A DNA stretch of 54,817 nucleotides from assembly GCA_003427395.1 (NCBI GenBank), contig BFEA01000009.1:5965890-6020706 (forward strand), written 5' to 3'. Position numbers and translations under genes: made by a program. Source of the DNA: Chara braunii (Eukaryota > Plantae > Charophyceae). The notes beneath the pieces were generated by a model. The model saw nothing but the letters and a program-made list of their open reading frames with translations, was not told the origin of the DNA and made no database searches. Every line of letters starts with the position of its first letter. The stretch's first letter is position 1. Positions 14,098 to 26,242 of this stretch are shown in pieces.

Positions 14098-14579
14098 AAC
14101 AAGCACTGACCTCCTCTCGACGCCCCCGTCGAGCCCGCTCCGCTAAGATTAGACGAAACGTACCAGGTTTAAGTGGACCACTCGCGCTCTACGCAAGTGC
14201 CTCCTCTTGTCTGTCTGCCGTCTGGTTTTCTCAGGAACTCGGGGGCTGAGAGGGTGCTTCTTCCCTCTCTTATGTCGCGGTCATTCGGATTTTGGTGCCG
14301 GAGTAACCCTTTGCTTCTTTCTCCGTAGGGGAGCTCGTGCGACAGCTGTGTCCCCCTTTCTGATGCGGACTTTCCTCTTAGGCCTTTGTAGAACAAAAAC
14401 CCATTTTCTTTTCTTACCTAGCGTTAGGCCCTTCACTTTCCTGGTTTCTACTCTCTTCCTCTTCCTTGAACTCTCACCTATGTCGAACCGTCTTGGTGGT
14501 CCTTCGTCCACTATCTTAACTTTACCCTTTCCTTTAGGATTTAACGGTCTTAGCGCAGGAGTGGGGTCTCCCTTGACGT

Positions 14580-14730
14580 AAACAACTTCAGTCTAGCTTC
14601 TGCCACATGATCTTTCCACTTTGACCCATCTAGCTCAGCGATCATGTAAGCTCCCCAGCTTAACACACCAACTACACGATAGGGTCCCATCTATCTGTTA
14701 GCTAGTTTTCCGGTCCATATTCTTTCCAAG
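14580..14730 (-). pseudogene. Integrase C-terminal GPY/F remnant
   Basis: Minus-strand translation gives ERIWTGKLANR*MGPYRVV, then a frameshift, then WGAYMIAELDGSKWKDHVAEARLK. Confidence 0.75.
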
Positions 14731-15080
14731 GCGCGTTCTTCGCCCCTGAAATCCTCTCTACAGTATAGTCATAAAGTCGAATCCTGATCAGCCATCGTGC
14801 GATCGTAGGATCCGTCAGACTAAAGTCCTTCTGTAGGACTGAAGCTACGGCTGTAAGGTCTACCCTAAGAACGAATCGTCTCCCGTATATGTAATGCCTA
14901 AAGGTATCTAAGCACCGTAGAACAACCAACACCTCCTTCTTAAACTGACTGTAGTTTCGTTCTGCAGTGTTGAGTGTTCGACTCTCGAACCTCAATAGCC
15001 TCTCTTTGCCTTCGACATCCTTTTGAGAGAGCAATCCCCCAACCGAACATGGTCCAGCATCCGTAGATACTATGAACGGT
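14731..15080 (-). pseudogene. Gypsy RNase H domain
   Basis: FIVSTDAG, RFESRTLNTAERNYSQFKKE, YIYGRRFVLRVD and ARWLIRIRLYDYTVERISGAKN. Confidence 0.9.
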
Positions 15081-16250
15081 CAGGCTGTTTCGTCCTCAAA
15101 GAATGGCACACCCAGAATTTTTCCGCCTTCCTTAAATTCTTCCTTGAGGGACCGCACTGCTAACTCTTGAGGAGAATCCCAGTAGAACTTCTCAGTCTTT
15201 CTAAGAAGTGTGCGCAGAGGTTCCGCCTTTTCCGCATATCCTCGTATAAAAATCCGCCAATAACCAACAACCCCTAAAAACTGGCGAACTTCAGTTGCGC
15301 TGTGCAATGGAGTCGGCCAATTCAACAACTTCTCCAGCTTCCCAGAGTCGGGTCGTCGACCTTTCGCATCGCATATAAACCCTAAAATTTTAATCGTCAA
15401 TACGGCCCATCGACGCTTTGTCCTGCTAACCATCAGGTTAGCATCATCTAGCTGTTCCAAAACAGCGTAAATGTCCGTCAGGTGTTGCTCTACGAACCTC
15501 CTGACGCCAGGAGCGACTTCCATCTCATCTTTCAACACCGGCCCTTTTATCGGAAAGTCGTCGAGGAAAACCTCTACTTTATCAGGGATAAAGTCTTTCA
15601 GAACCGCTACCATGGCTCTCTGAAAAACTGCTACTCCATTGGTCCATCCCATCGGAACCACCATCATCTGCACTAATCCGAGCGGCGTGTGACTGCTACT
15701 CCATTGGTCCATCCCATCGGAACCACCATCATCTGCACTAATCCGAGCGGCGTGTGCATGGCTGTGAGATGCCTATCTCTCGGATCTAATGGTATCTCGT
15801 CATATCCTGAAAATAAATCGCAGACAAAATAAATCGATCTGCCTGCCGCTTCTTCTGCTAGCAGATCAGCGTGCGGTACCGAGCCTACATCCCGAATCGT
15901 CACAGCGTTGACCTTCTGAAGGTCTTGAATCCACTGAATCTTTGCGTTAGGTTTCCTTAAGAAGAACCATCTGTTTGCATAAGCGTTGTCACAAGGCTCA
16001 GCTACGTGTGACGCCATCTTCTCTTTGAGAAAGGAGATCACCTCTTCCTTCTCTTTCTGAGCAAACTTCCACCCTGCATCATTCCACGGCGTATGCGGAA
16101 TCGTGTAGATTATTGCCGGCTTAGCATACCTAGGATCAATCCTTCCTCTCTCCGCGTCACTAAACGCTATGGCTTTGTCGCAAGACCTAAGGACTTTCAA
16201 CACTCGCTCTTTTTCCGGTTCAATCAGATTCCCATCGCCTATGTTCATCT
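15080..16250 (-). pseudogene. Gypsy reverse transcriptase + connection domain
   Basis: IQDLQKVN, CDLFSGYDEI, PMGWTNG, VFLDDF (YxDD equivalent) and EVRQFLGVVGYWRIFI. Frameshifted by a 65-bp duplication. Confidence 0.95.
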
Positions 16251-16649
16251 CCTCTATCCTCTTTTCTGTCAGCCATTGCGGCTCCTTCCTCTTCTTCTCT
16301 TTAATCTCTCTAGCGATCTCTTCTTCAGATACTCCATCATACGCGGATCGCTCTCGTGCTACAGCCGCCAGCTTAACCTTCTGGGCTACTGTCTTGTGTC
16401 TCTTTGGTCGCCCCCCGTAGGGGGCTGTGCCCTTAAAAAAGACACAGATATCATCCCTCCGAATTCCTTATTTTCCGCCTTAGGATAGGCGTTTCTCCCT
16501 ACACGTACGCGAGTCCCTAAATCCTCAACTTCGACTATACGACCTTCTTTTTCTGTAAGTAGGTGCCCATACTTCTTTTCGCGAAAGCTCAGGGACTGAC
16601 TCGCAAGGGGAACTGGTATGCGGCCCTTTTTAGCGAGAACCGCTCTGTT

Positions 16650-17050
16650 CCTCGGGTCACGAGGCTCTACCGTCTCCATCATAATCCGCCCACCGTCTGG
16701 GCGCTTGATGGAAAGCATCTGGCTTCCATCCAGTCGTTCTATAGTAACGGCATGGACGTGACTCAGCCATGTCCGCCCCAATAATAACTCTGCGCTGCAA
16801 TCTCGAACCGCGAAAACAGGCATCGTCACTCTCAGGCGTTCGACCTCAATTGCAGCCTTGTGGCAAACCCCGGTGACCTTTTGCTTTCTTCCATCGACGG
16901 TCTCTATCTCAAATTTGAATTACTTATTAAGATCTAATCCCAATCGGATAGCCAGACCCTCATCGATGATAACAGCCTCGCTGCCGTTATCAATTATTGC
17001 ATGAAGAACTATTTCGTCATTGAGGGTACTCTGTATTGTCCCGCTGCCCA
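16650..17050 (-). pseudogene. Retropepsin aspartic protease
   Basis: AIIDNGSEAVII catalytic motif at ~16990, and downstream ELLLGRTWL. Confidence 0.85.
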
Positions 17051-17599
17051 GGATATAAAACTTGTCAGGGGGCACCCCTTCTATCCTATCTAAGAACACC
17101 GTCGCTGCACGATCCGCCTTGGCGACCACACTTGATACAGCAACAGTGGGTATCTCCTCCTGTTTGGTCGCCATTTGGACCTCGTCGCTCAGGGGAATAC
17201 GTGTCTTACGTGTAATCATGTGCAATTCATCCCGTGTCGGCCTCGAGGCCGCTAAATACTCTAGGATCGTGCACTGCATAGGCTGCCTGAGAGCGCATCT
17301 AAAAGGTTCGACCGTGTCTATGTCATCCAGAGTACTCTTCATCGTGAACTTTCTCGCCCCACGTTTGCATGGGGAAACTATAACTTCTTTTCCTTCAATC
17401 CTTTGTCCATCCTTCTCTGCCATTACGTAATCAGTGTCAGCCTTCTTGGAGGAGGAAGCCCTGGCGGACTTGGTCGCTGCCACCCGTATGGGCGTCATAG
17501 GACTCTCCTCATCCGAAGACAGACTCAGTCTCACGCTTTGGGTTCTCGCAACCCCTTTACCCTTGTTCGGTACTACTCGTCTAGCTTCCACATTCACCT

Positions 17600-19486
17600 T
17601 CATTGAAAGAAACATCGATACATCGTCGAGGTTATCCGCCCACTTGACGTACTTGCGATCATCAAGTACAACAAGCCCCTCATCTATTGCCCGTTTGACA
17701 TCAGGGCAATCTTTCTTGAGGTGATAATCTCCCCTGCAATAGATACAGGAGTTCCTAGGGGTAGGGGGTCGTTCCTCCGCGGACCTAATCGTTGGTCGTC
17801 TCGCATCCTGGTTAGATGGCCCAGGAGATCTAGGGTAGTTTGGGGACTTGGGATACCCTGGCGACACGGGATATCCTCCCCTCTTATACTGCCCCCGTGA
17901 CTCTTCTCTACGATCACCTCTCCCTGTCCGCTCATAACCGCTTCGATACCCATCTCGGCGGTCCTTATCCGACTCCCATCGACCGCTGGAGCCCTCTCTA
18001 TCCCTCGAGTTAAAGTTGCTCGGGCTTCGGTACCCCTTGGCATTTCCACCGTATCTGGGACTGCGAGGGTACTGGTCTCCGGGACTGCGCGGATACTGGT
18101 CGGCTCTGTCTCCTCGACTGTAAGAATCTCCCCCTCGGTACCCATCACGCTAGCGGTCTCTGTCTATGGTATCATCCCGACGCCTCCTCTCTTCGTCCTC
18201 TCTACGTCTCCGATCGTCTTCTTCTCTGCGCCTTCGATCCTCTTCATCCCTACGTCTACGATCATCCTCGTCTCTATGCCGGCGCTCATCCTCATCTCTT
18301 TCCCTCGCGTGATAGTCGGCCAGTGTACGGGGGTTATGGTCTTCGACGCTTCTCCATGGGACAGTATTGCGGCGATCCCATCGTAAGAAATAAGGTGACC
18401 CGGGTTTATCCCAGTATGTAGTTCCGACCTTCGTTTCAAAATTTGCCAATTGCCTTGTCATTGCCTTCATCTTCTCTTGCATCTCTTCTATGATAGCATC
18501 ATTATCCTTTGACCGTAGGGGTCCATCTCTATCCATCATATAACGTCGCTCTGACCAAGGTTTGTCATTGAAATCTGGGCACCTGTCGGTCCCGTATTCC
18601 CGATAGAGGGAAAAATCCCGGCGTTGCATGCCTTTCCAGAGTAAGTCCTTGTAGTCATCTGCCTCAGCCTTCATGGCCAACTTGAGCAATGCAGTGAATT
18701 CTAGCTTATCGTGAGGCGTCTCTCTCAGCACTGCCCGAAGGCGCAGAAACTTTCGCCCTCTCCTTGGGTTAGCTGCTCCAAGTCCCGGATAGAATACTTA
18801 ACATCTTCTAGTTTGTAGAGTTCGTACAGATTGACTTTATAAGTAGCCCATCACCTATCTTTAGGCCGAGCGTCTTTAATCTCTTGACTCAAGCTTGGGT
18901 TCACATTAAATAAGAAGTTGTCTATAATCTCATCCTCTGTCCACTAACTTCGGTATGCGTGCAACTCCCCCTTTTCGATATATTCGGTGATACCACACCC
19001 TTTGAAAACAGGTGGTCTGGTATCCAACTCTGAGGGCTGATGCGAGATGATGACTCTGTCCCTCGCCTCATATGGCAGAGGGTGCGATTCCCCTGTCTCG
19101 GGATAAAAAACCCGTCTGCCCATGGCATCTCTCTCTCTATCTCTCCAAAGCTGCTCTCTAATAAACTGTTCCCTCCAGTCTTCTCCTCCCAGGTAGGCCC
19201 TCTCTTCTCTACGCTCGTACATAGATGAGCGTTGAATAAATGATTCACGCCGAAAACTTGGTGGTTCGGTCTGAATCTCAACCCGCTCTACCGGAGCTGC
19301 TCTGTTGGGCTCGGTGACGACAGCAGGTGCCATCACCTCGGGCTCGCCATCATCCGGTTGCTCTACGCACCTCAGTGGGGCGTTCTGTCGAAGACGCTCT
19401 TTGAGGTCTCACAGAGCCCGGTCCGGCGATGCTCGATACACCACCTGTTCCTCGTCTGGATGTTGCCCCATTGTATCAGATTCCAT
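17600..19486 (-). pseudogene. Gag (capsid-like region, R/D/E low-complexity tract, CCHC zinc knuckle)
   Basis: An ATG at 19486 is in frame with ORF 18944-19336 (RPPVFKGCGITEYI). CIYCRGDYHLKKDC zinc knuckle at ~17706-17747. Several premature stops. Confidence 0.8.
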
Positions 19487-19525
19487 ATACTTCCCCCTCT
19501 TTTGATTTAGCGGTTCAGCACCGAT

Positions 19526-19672
19526 AGCCTGAACCTATGAATGAATCCGCAGCCCGGACCTATGAAAGTATCTGCAGCCCGGACCTATAAAAGAATCCGC
19601 AGCCCGGACCTATGAAAGTATCCGCAGCCCGGACCTATAAAAGAGTCCGCAGCCCGGACCTATGAAAGTATC
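19526..19672. repeat. 25-bp tandem repeat, ~6 copies, alternating A/B variants
   Basis: AGCCCGGACCTATGAAAGTATCCGC alternates with AGCCCGGACCTATAAAAGAATCCGC. Confidence 0.95.
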
Positions 19673-19987
19673 AATCACTCGTCTGTGACCGCTCTCAGGA
19701 TCGCAACAAGTCTCCCAGCCTCGTCTCGTATCTCATGCTCACCCTCGATACCAAAAATCCCTTAGTCAAAATAAAGTTTTCCCTCCTGCTCTTCTATGCA
19801 ACGAACACCTCTCCTAATCTCTATGACTCCGGCTTCTGATGTCCTCACTCTCCTACAAATCCCTGTCGCGATCCCCATCAACTCTTCTCGAGTACGAGAT
19901 CTCAGGTATTCCCGTATACCAACAGACACTCTAAGCGCTAGATCGCTTAACCCATGATGTACAACGCGAGTTCCTGCCCGCGGGTAA

Positions 19988-21013
19988 TCACCCCCTACGA
20001 CCATCAAACTTAAAGTATCGAAGTGCTAAGCCAACCACTGCCTCATTGCTTCTCCCTCGAACCACCTGACGCGGTACAGGAGGTCTGGGTAACCCCTGAA
20101 AGAGCGTAATCCGGGTGTCCTAGATTACCTCCTTACCTAGCGCCAGGAGCCTATCCCGCTCATTCTCAACGACTTCTTCCGAGCACTCCCAACATCGACT
20201 GTAAATCAAATCGCCTTCTCGTTCAACTAGGAGGTAAATCCTAACATCATACACCTCAACTGCAAAGAACCGAACGGTGATAATATAAAAACGTATCTGC
20301 TCCCATCCGCTGTCCACCAACTCGTATGTCACTACTTCGTACGGAATCACTTCTCTCCTACCCAAGGAGCTTAACCTCTCGCAAATTTTCGCTAACACCT
20401 CGTCCGAAGGTCTGTTTCCTGCAAGAAATCTCTCTCTCCTGGCCTCTAGCTCTCACTCTGAGACGGTCGCATCTTTACTCATTCGCGCATCCTATTCATC
20501 CTTAATGGTCTTTTTGAGCTTGCCGTCAGTCTTGACTGTCCGAGCGAGTCTCACTACTGCCTCCCATCTGTTCTGCTCTAGCCCTTGGTATGGAACAGGC
20601 GGCCTAGGCAGACCGTCAAAGACAGTGATGTCGTCGCAGACCTCCACAGTCTTTCCCAAACTTCTGAGCCTCTTTTCCTCTTTTCTCAACACCCAAGCAG
20701 CCCGTCTCCAAGTCCTTCCGTATATACAGAACTCTTCCCTTTCTCTAGGCAGATATATACCGACGTGGTATACCCCAAAATCATGAAACCGCACGGTTAT
20801 AATATAGTATTGATTGCACTCGATCCCACTGTTCTGCACCTGATACTTGATCACTTCATACGGGAAGATCTCTCGCCCGCCCAAATCGCTTAATTCCCTA
20901 AGTACTTTCTCGTGTTCAATTTCGTAAGGACCTCCCCAAACTCCAAATCTCTGTCTCCTTTCGCTAGCTCTGCCTCTGGTAATGGCATCTCTCGCCCATG
21001 AGGTGTTTAACAC
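19988..21013 (-). pseudogene. Accessory ORF of the retrotransposon: two tandem paralogous ~160-aa domains, unknown function
   Basis: ORFs 20492-21013 and 20120-20398 are in the same frame and align (LSDLGGREIFPYEV/LSSLGRREVIPYEV, YIITVRF, GLPRPPVP, EAVVxLA). Confidence 0.7.
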
Positions 21014-22632
21014 TCCGCTGCGATTAGTGTCAGGGCTAGCAGGACTCTGTCAATGGATTCCTCCAAAAACGTATAGAATGTCTCAAAATCGTTTATATCC
21101 CTAAAGTCTTCAATATCTGATAGAGTCTGAAGGTACTCATTCCAATACCGATTGTGTGCCTGGAGTATTCTGAGAACCAAACTTTCTCCTATGATCTCCT
21201 CCAGATCTCTAGCTTCCTCTGCTTCATCCTCCAGGAGCCTCTTGACCTCCCTAGAAGTCTCTCGCCAGACCCTATTTAGAGGTGGCGCGTCAAAAGGGGT
21301 AACGTGCAGCGAATAGTTGATCAAGCACGCACTCTCTTCCCCTACCCAGAGTCCGGTCACTCGCGCCTTCCGTATGGCTCGTCGAGTGTTCTCCGCCTCT
21401 TCTATCACAGTTAATTTCTCGCGATGGACCAGTTGTATGACAACACAAGCGGTTTGCCCATTCAACCTTCCTGTTATACGCATATCACATTTCTCACTAC
21501 TCGTCCTCTTCTATCCCCGTCCTGACGTTCCCTCACCTTTCGTCTCCCTCTCCGATGTCACTGCTTCAGACACCTCGTCTGCTCTCCCGGTCGTTTCGAG
21601 CAAGCCCTCTCGCTCCTGACTAATATGAACTCTCCCTTTCACATTTTCCAGAAAATCAAGCATCCACCTCACGAAAAATTCTCTATCTTCCCTCGAAAGT
21701 CTTTGCAACGCCTTCGTTGCCGCTTCTATCTTACGCAACTCGCTCTCACTCTTTTTCGGTACACAATCCTGGATCTTGACGCCAAGCTCTCTGCCTAGTT
21801 TTACTACTGGTTTAATAATCTGATCATCGACTCTCTTTTTCCTTTCTTCCAGATCCTCCATCACCTACAACCCATCTTTCTTGTTCTCATGAACCTCCTA
21901 TCACATATTGCTCCTAGCTTCTGAGGGTGTCTCGTCCCTTATTATCTCCAAGCGCACCCTTCCTTTAACGCACACGATCACCTCATAAACCACCCAACTC
22001 TGTACTGTCAACTCCCTCAGTGCTCCTAGTCTTTGCTCCCGTATGACATCTTCTACGAGTTCTTTGAACTCGTTGTCCGACAATTCTTCCTCTATGCTCA
22101 CTCTTAAGAGGATCTGTAGGGTCTTCTTGTCACACGTTAATTGCCTAGAGACAACCCGAGCGTAGGGAAGACGTCGCCGAGGAGAGGGACTACTCGTCTC
22201 AGTTCCTCGAGTAGCTACTCGGGGGTTCCTCTCACTCACGCTCCTCCAGGACTCGGCCCCTCTGCGGTCCCACCAAAGTGAATAAGAGGCTCGAGGTCTA
22301 TATCGATACAGTTGCTGCTCGTGTTTCGTCATGACAGGGTAATCATACTCTACTCCTGGCCTCCGCTACCGTCTCATCGAAGAACAACTCAGCGCGTAGG
22401 TACCCTGCTGACCACACCATCACTCATAAGTTATCTTGGTCTGAAACGTGACACATTCGAGAACTCCCGGTCTATATTCTCGGATAAATTCCCTGGCTTG
22501 CAGAAAACTCTCCTGCTCTGTTAGGATGTCGTCTATGTGAGCTCTAAGTAGGACTGTAATCGTGAAGCCCTCGTTCACTAATTGCCTCCTCACACTCACC
22601 CCCGTAATCGTCCGACTTGGCATCTCCTCCAC
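21007..22632 (-). pseudogene. Accessory ORF of the retrotransposon (~540 codons in one frame, interrupted by TGA/TAG), unknown function
   Basis: ORFs 22420-22632, 21901-22332, 21511-21864 and 21007-21483 share one reading frame. Some segments are charged and coiled-coil-like. Confidence 0.55.
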
Positions 22633-25600
22633 TAGCTATGCCCAAACAGGTATCTCAGGTCCTCCAGCCCGATGAACTTGTCTTCTGCGCGTCTTCGACA
22701 ATAGTGAATCAAATCTGCAGGTTTTAGGCAGTCTATCCAGGAGGTAGCATCTAACAAGTCTCTCTCGATCTCCTTACCATGAGGTCCCCACCTTACGCAA
22801 ATTGAGTAATATGCTTCTAGGAATTGACGCTCTAGTCCCCGTAAGAACGCGTGCTGAGTGTGGTCGGCCGCTTTCGTCAACCAGTCCACGCCTCTGTAAG
22901 TTTGTTCTATAACAAACTCAGGTAACACCATCCGCCAGCTCCCTAGAGGATGGTAAATCTGTGGAGGAGAACCGATCACAATTCTCGTGGTAAAAGGCCT
23001 ACTTCCAACGGCGCTAAGCAGTTGTCTTCTCACTATTGTCTCTGCTAAAATCTCATATTTCCACCAGATCCTGCTAACGCCTACAAGGGTCAGGCCTATC
23101 TCTATATCTTTCTCCTTATCAAACACAAGATATCCTATACCCTTCACCTGCCGGGGAGACCCCTGGTCCTCCGTAATCACTGTCCACAAGAAGACCCCTC
23201 TCGCCAGCCAAGTACCGAAATGTCGGATCGGCACCCAATTTCCTACCTCTAAGCGCACCGGAAGCGGAACGTTATACCCCAGCGCTGTCTCTCTTGGCCC
23301 TATGAAATCTATCTCTCTACGAGCCTCTGACCCTCGTGTCACTATATACGTCACCCATATGTCCCAATCGCTCCTCATTACCGCATGTCGCTCAACCCTT
23401 GCCACTCCAATTCTCTCCGACACACTCGATCTTACGACACCACTACCTTCTCAGACAACTCTACCGGTTAGGCTCAAGACAATCGAGTAGGTGTTGTGCA
23501 CTCTCCCGACAGCTCCATGGAAGTATATGGTAAACTCGACATATCTCTGGCCTCTCCGTATCTCCAGAGCGTGCTCGATCATAAGTCCGGCGCGCAACGT
23601 CATCCATCGCCTCTTCTTCCCAGCCGCCTGTCTTATCTCGTCGTAAGGAGAGAGTCACTCTCAGTGTGTCCCTGTCTGCCATCCCTACCTGTCCTTTGTC
23701 TAAAGTTTGTCCCCGTGTTTACTAACCGACCTCCCTTTACTCCCCTCTCTAAGCTAGACCCGGATATACCCTGCTTCTAGCTGTCTCGCGCATCAGGCAT
23801 ATCCTCATCTCCGTCCTCGTCTAACCTCCGTCCCCATGGGATATCCTCCTGTCCCTCGGCCTGAAGGAGGTGTCCCCAGCCGTCCTCCTGCAGCGCCTCT
23901 CCACCTATCTGCTCCCGACGATCCTCTGTCACCAGCTCTCCCCAGCCCTGGTCCTGCTCTCCCCAAGGCTCTATCTCTCCAACAGTCTCCCACTCTCTAT
24001 CGTCAGCGTACCAGCCGAGCTCCTTCCTATCTGGATATATACTCTGGTAATGCTCCTCCAACTCCCAGATAGAGATGAGGGGAGTGGGTTTGTCACTGGG
24101 AGTCTCACTAAAGAGCCGTCCGACTCCCTCCAAGCTATCTACAGGTCTCTGGACCTCCCTCTCCAAGGCTAGCCAGAACTCTAAGGGCTGATGGGGGTAG
24201 AAGGAGTCCTGGTCTCCTGTGGGCGCTAGAGCTCGTATGAACTCTATAAGCTGAAGTCCTCTCTCCCCTATGAGCGGCCCTCCGATAAACTGAGCGTACT
24301 CAACCCAATCCTGGTCAGCCAGTCCTCTCCTGAATCCACCTAACTCAATACTGGCTGAATACGTCTCTGCAATGTGACTGAGGCCCCAGAGTTCCTCTAC
24401 CACAAATACAGGGAGTCCCACCCTCACTCGTACCGAGGGGAGGGGAAAAACTCCCCCGATCTGGAGGGTCGTCCTCGACTCGCCGATCGGATCGTGCAGT
24501 CCCTCTCTATCTGCACGGAGGCTATCTACCATCTGAGATAGGATCAACCTAACCTCCAGCTCACAGGACCAGAAACCATGCACCAAACCCTCAAAATAGG
24601 TCGTGGCACTTACCGATCGTGAATAGTAAATATGTCCTACGACCTCTATGCTCGTAGTCCCAGGTGCCCGCCAGCGCTGAGCATCCTGCTGAAATGTCTC
24701 CACCGCATACACCCACAGGTGCACGTCCTGCCCCAACCGTATGGATCTCCAAGCCGAATGGAGCCAGGGCCCAGCCACGCTCCTCGCTGGCAGATCGAAC
24801 TCTACTACGTCGGGCTCCACTGTCTCAGGCGGTCTGGGCCATCTGGCACTGTCGATCGCGAGCTCCACTCTATCTGCCTCCTCTACCATCGAATTTCCTA
24901 TAGCTACTGGTTGTCGTCAATCACAGCCTCTCTCGGTAGCCACCACTAGCTCTCCTCATCCGGACACCACCTCCTAGGTCCGGACGGCGACTCCTATCCT
25001 GGGGAAGTGAGCGTCGGTGGCGTCGATCTCCTCGTCGTCAGTCTCCCCCTCCGAGTCGACCCAGTCTGGCTTCCAAGTGCCCTCGTCGTCCTCACGCTCC
25101 CACCCCTCGTCGTCGAACTCGTCCTCGACGCGGTATGGTGGAAGACCTATGGACTGGTAATAATCTGTCAACTGATACTCAGGTATCAGTGTCCTAAACT
25201 CGTCACTCCACCAGCTCCACCAGTCATCCAAAAGAGGAGGCCTATGCACGTAACGCTCTCGGGTCCCGCTCGGAGTTCCCGGTCCAGCAAATCCCAAGTG
25301 TAAGAAGGAATTCCCCACAGGGGATCCTCGTCTGGCGCAATCGAACGGATCAGCTCCACGAGCTGGATCCTCTCGTCACCCCAACGAGGTCCGGCTGTTA
25401 CTAAGGAATAGTAGATGCAATGGGTGTCAAACTCGTCTCTCGAAAGACGCTCGAGCTCCCTAACCTCAAGATAAACCTCTACTATACCTCCTATCCCGCC
25501 GAAGACGGAGTCCACCACGAACGCTGGTACGATCGTCCTCAACCAAGTCCCTGCGTGCGGGAAGAACCCGTCGTCCGCTACAACAAGCTCTCCGTTAATG

Positions 25601-25995
25601 TGCAAGTGGGGTCTCCCGTGAAACAGGGTCAGCGGGTCCTGCCCGTCGTCCGTACGGAAGGCCTCGACCTCCGCCTGCAACAGTCGCTCCGCGGCGCAGA
25701 GGATGTCGCTCTCTCCCGACGTGGCAAGACTCAAGACAACCCCTTTGGTTGTCTCTGAATCCAGGTATAAATGCCCTCACACTAAACCTCTCCCGAGACT
25801 GCTATGGATCTCCCTACGCAACCACAACCAAGCACCTGGGGACACGATGATGGATCTCCAACTAACCTGTCCGTCCCATGCGGTCGGTCGGGACGGGAGC
25901 GTGAACTCCACTAGGCCTCCCTCTATGAGTTCCGGGGGCTCTATTTCTCATGCACGACCGGCTTCGTATGCCTCTATGGCTTCGGATGGCATCAT
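22632..25995 (-). pseudogene. Accessory coding region with three paralogous ~300-370-aa units, unknown function
   Basis: Units at ~25995-24974, 24889-23777 and ~23680-22632 share VEFxLP, WRSI, GH[LI]Y, PxFV[VI], GP..G and L[IV]E.IR.[LI]AP motifs; the third unit shares only some of them. Confidence 0.7.
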
Positions 25996-26242
25996 CCGAG
26001 TTGCTGTCGGGTGTAGGGGTAGTCCTATCGCGCCTGAAAAGGGGTATAATCCTAAGAAAATTTTGGCAGGGCTCCGCCTCCCCCTGTAGGGATGGGGTTT
26101 GGGAGGTGATCCCTAAGTAAGCGCTACCTAGCTACGTCCAAACTGACATCTATCTTTACCCTGACATCTATAAGGCAGAATCCCTAGCTTGAATTGAGCT
26201 AACGAGCCTCCTATTCAAGTTCCCTCGAATAGTAGGCACGTA

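Noticed and set aside
14098-14135. Canonical polypurine tract next to the 3' LTR
   Set aside because: Only a short GAGAGGAGG about 11 nt from the LTR edge is present, which is too weak to call.
19526-19672. CRISPR-like short repeat array
   Set aside because: Units are contiguous with no unique spacers, the context is a eukaryotic retrotransposon, and no cas genes are present.
21890-22640. Prokaryote-style polycistron with Shine-Dalgarno-like GGAGG and TGATG coupling
   Set aside because: Most neighbouring ORFs are in the same frame and homology runs through at least one stop, so decay of longer ORFs is the simpler explanation. Purine richness explains GGAGG. It is not fully excluded without a family consensus.
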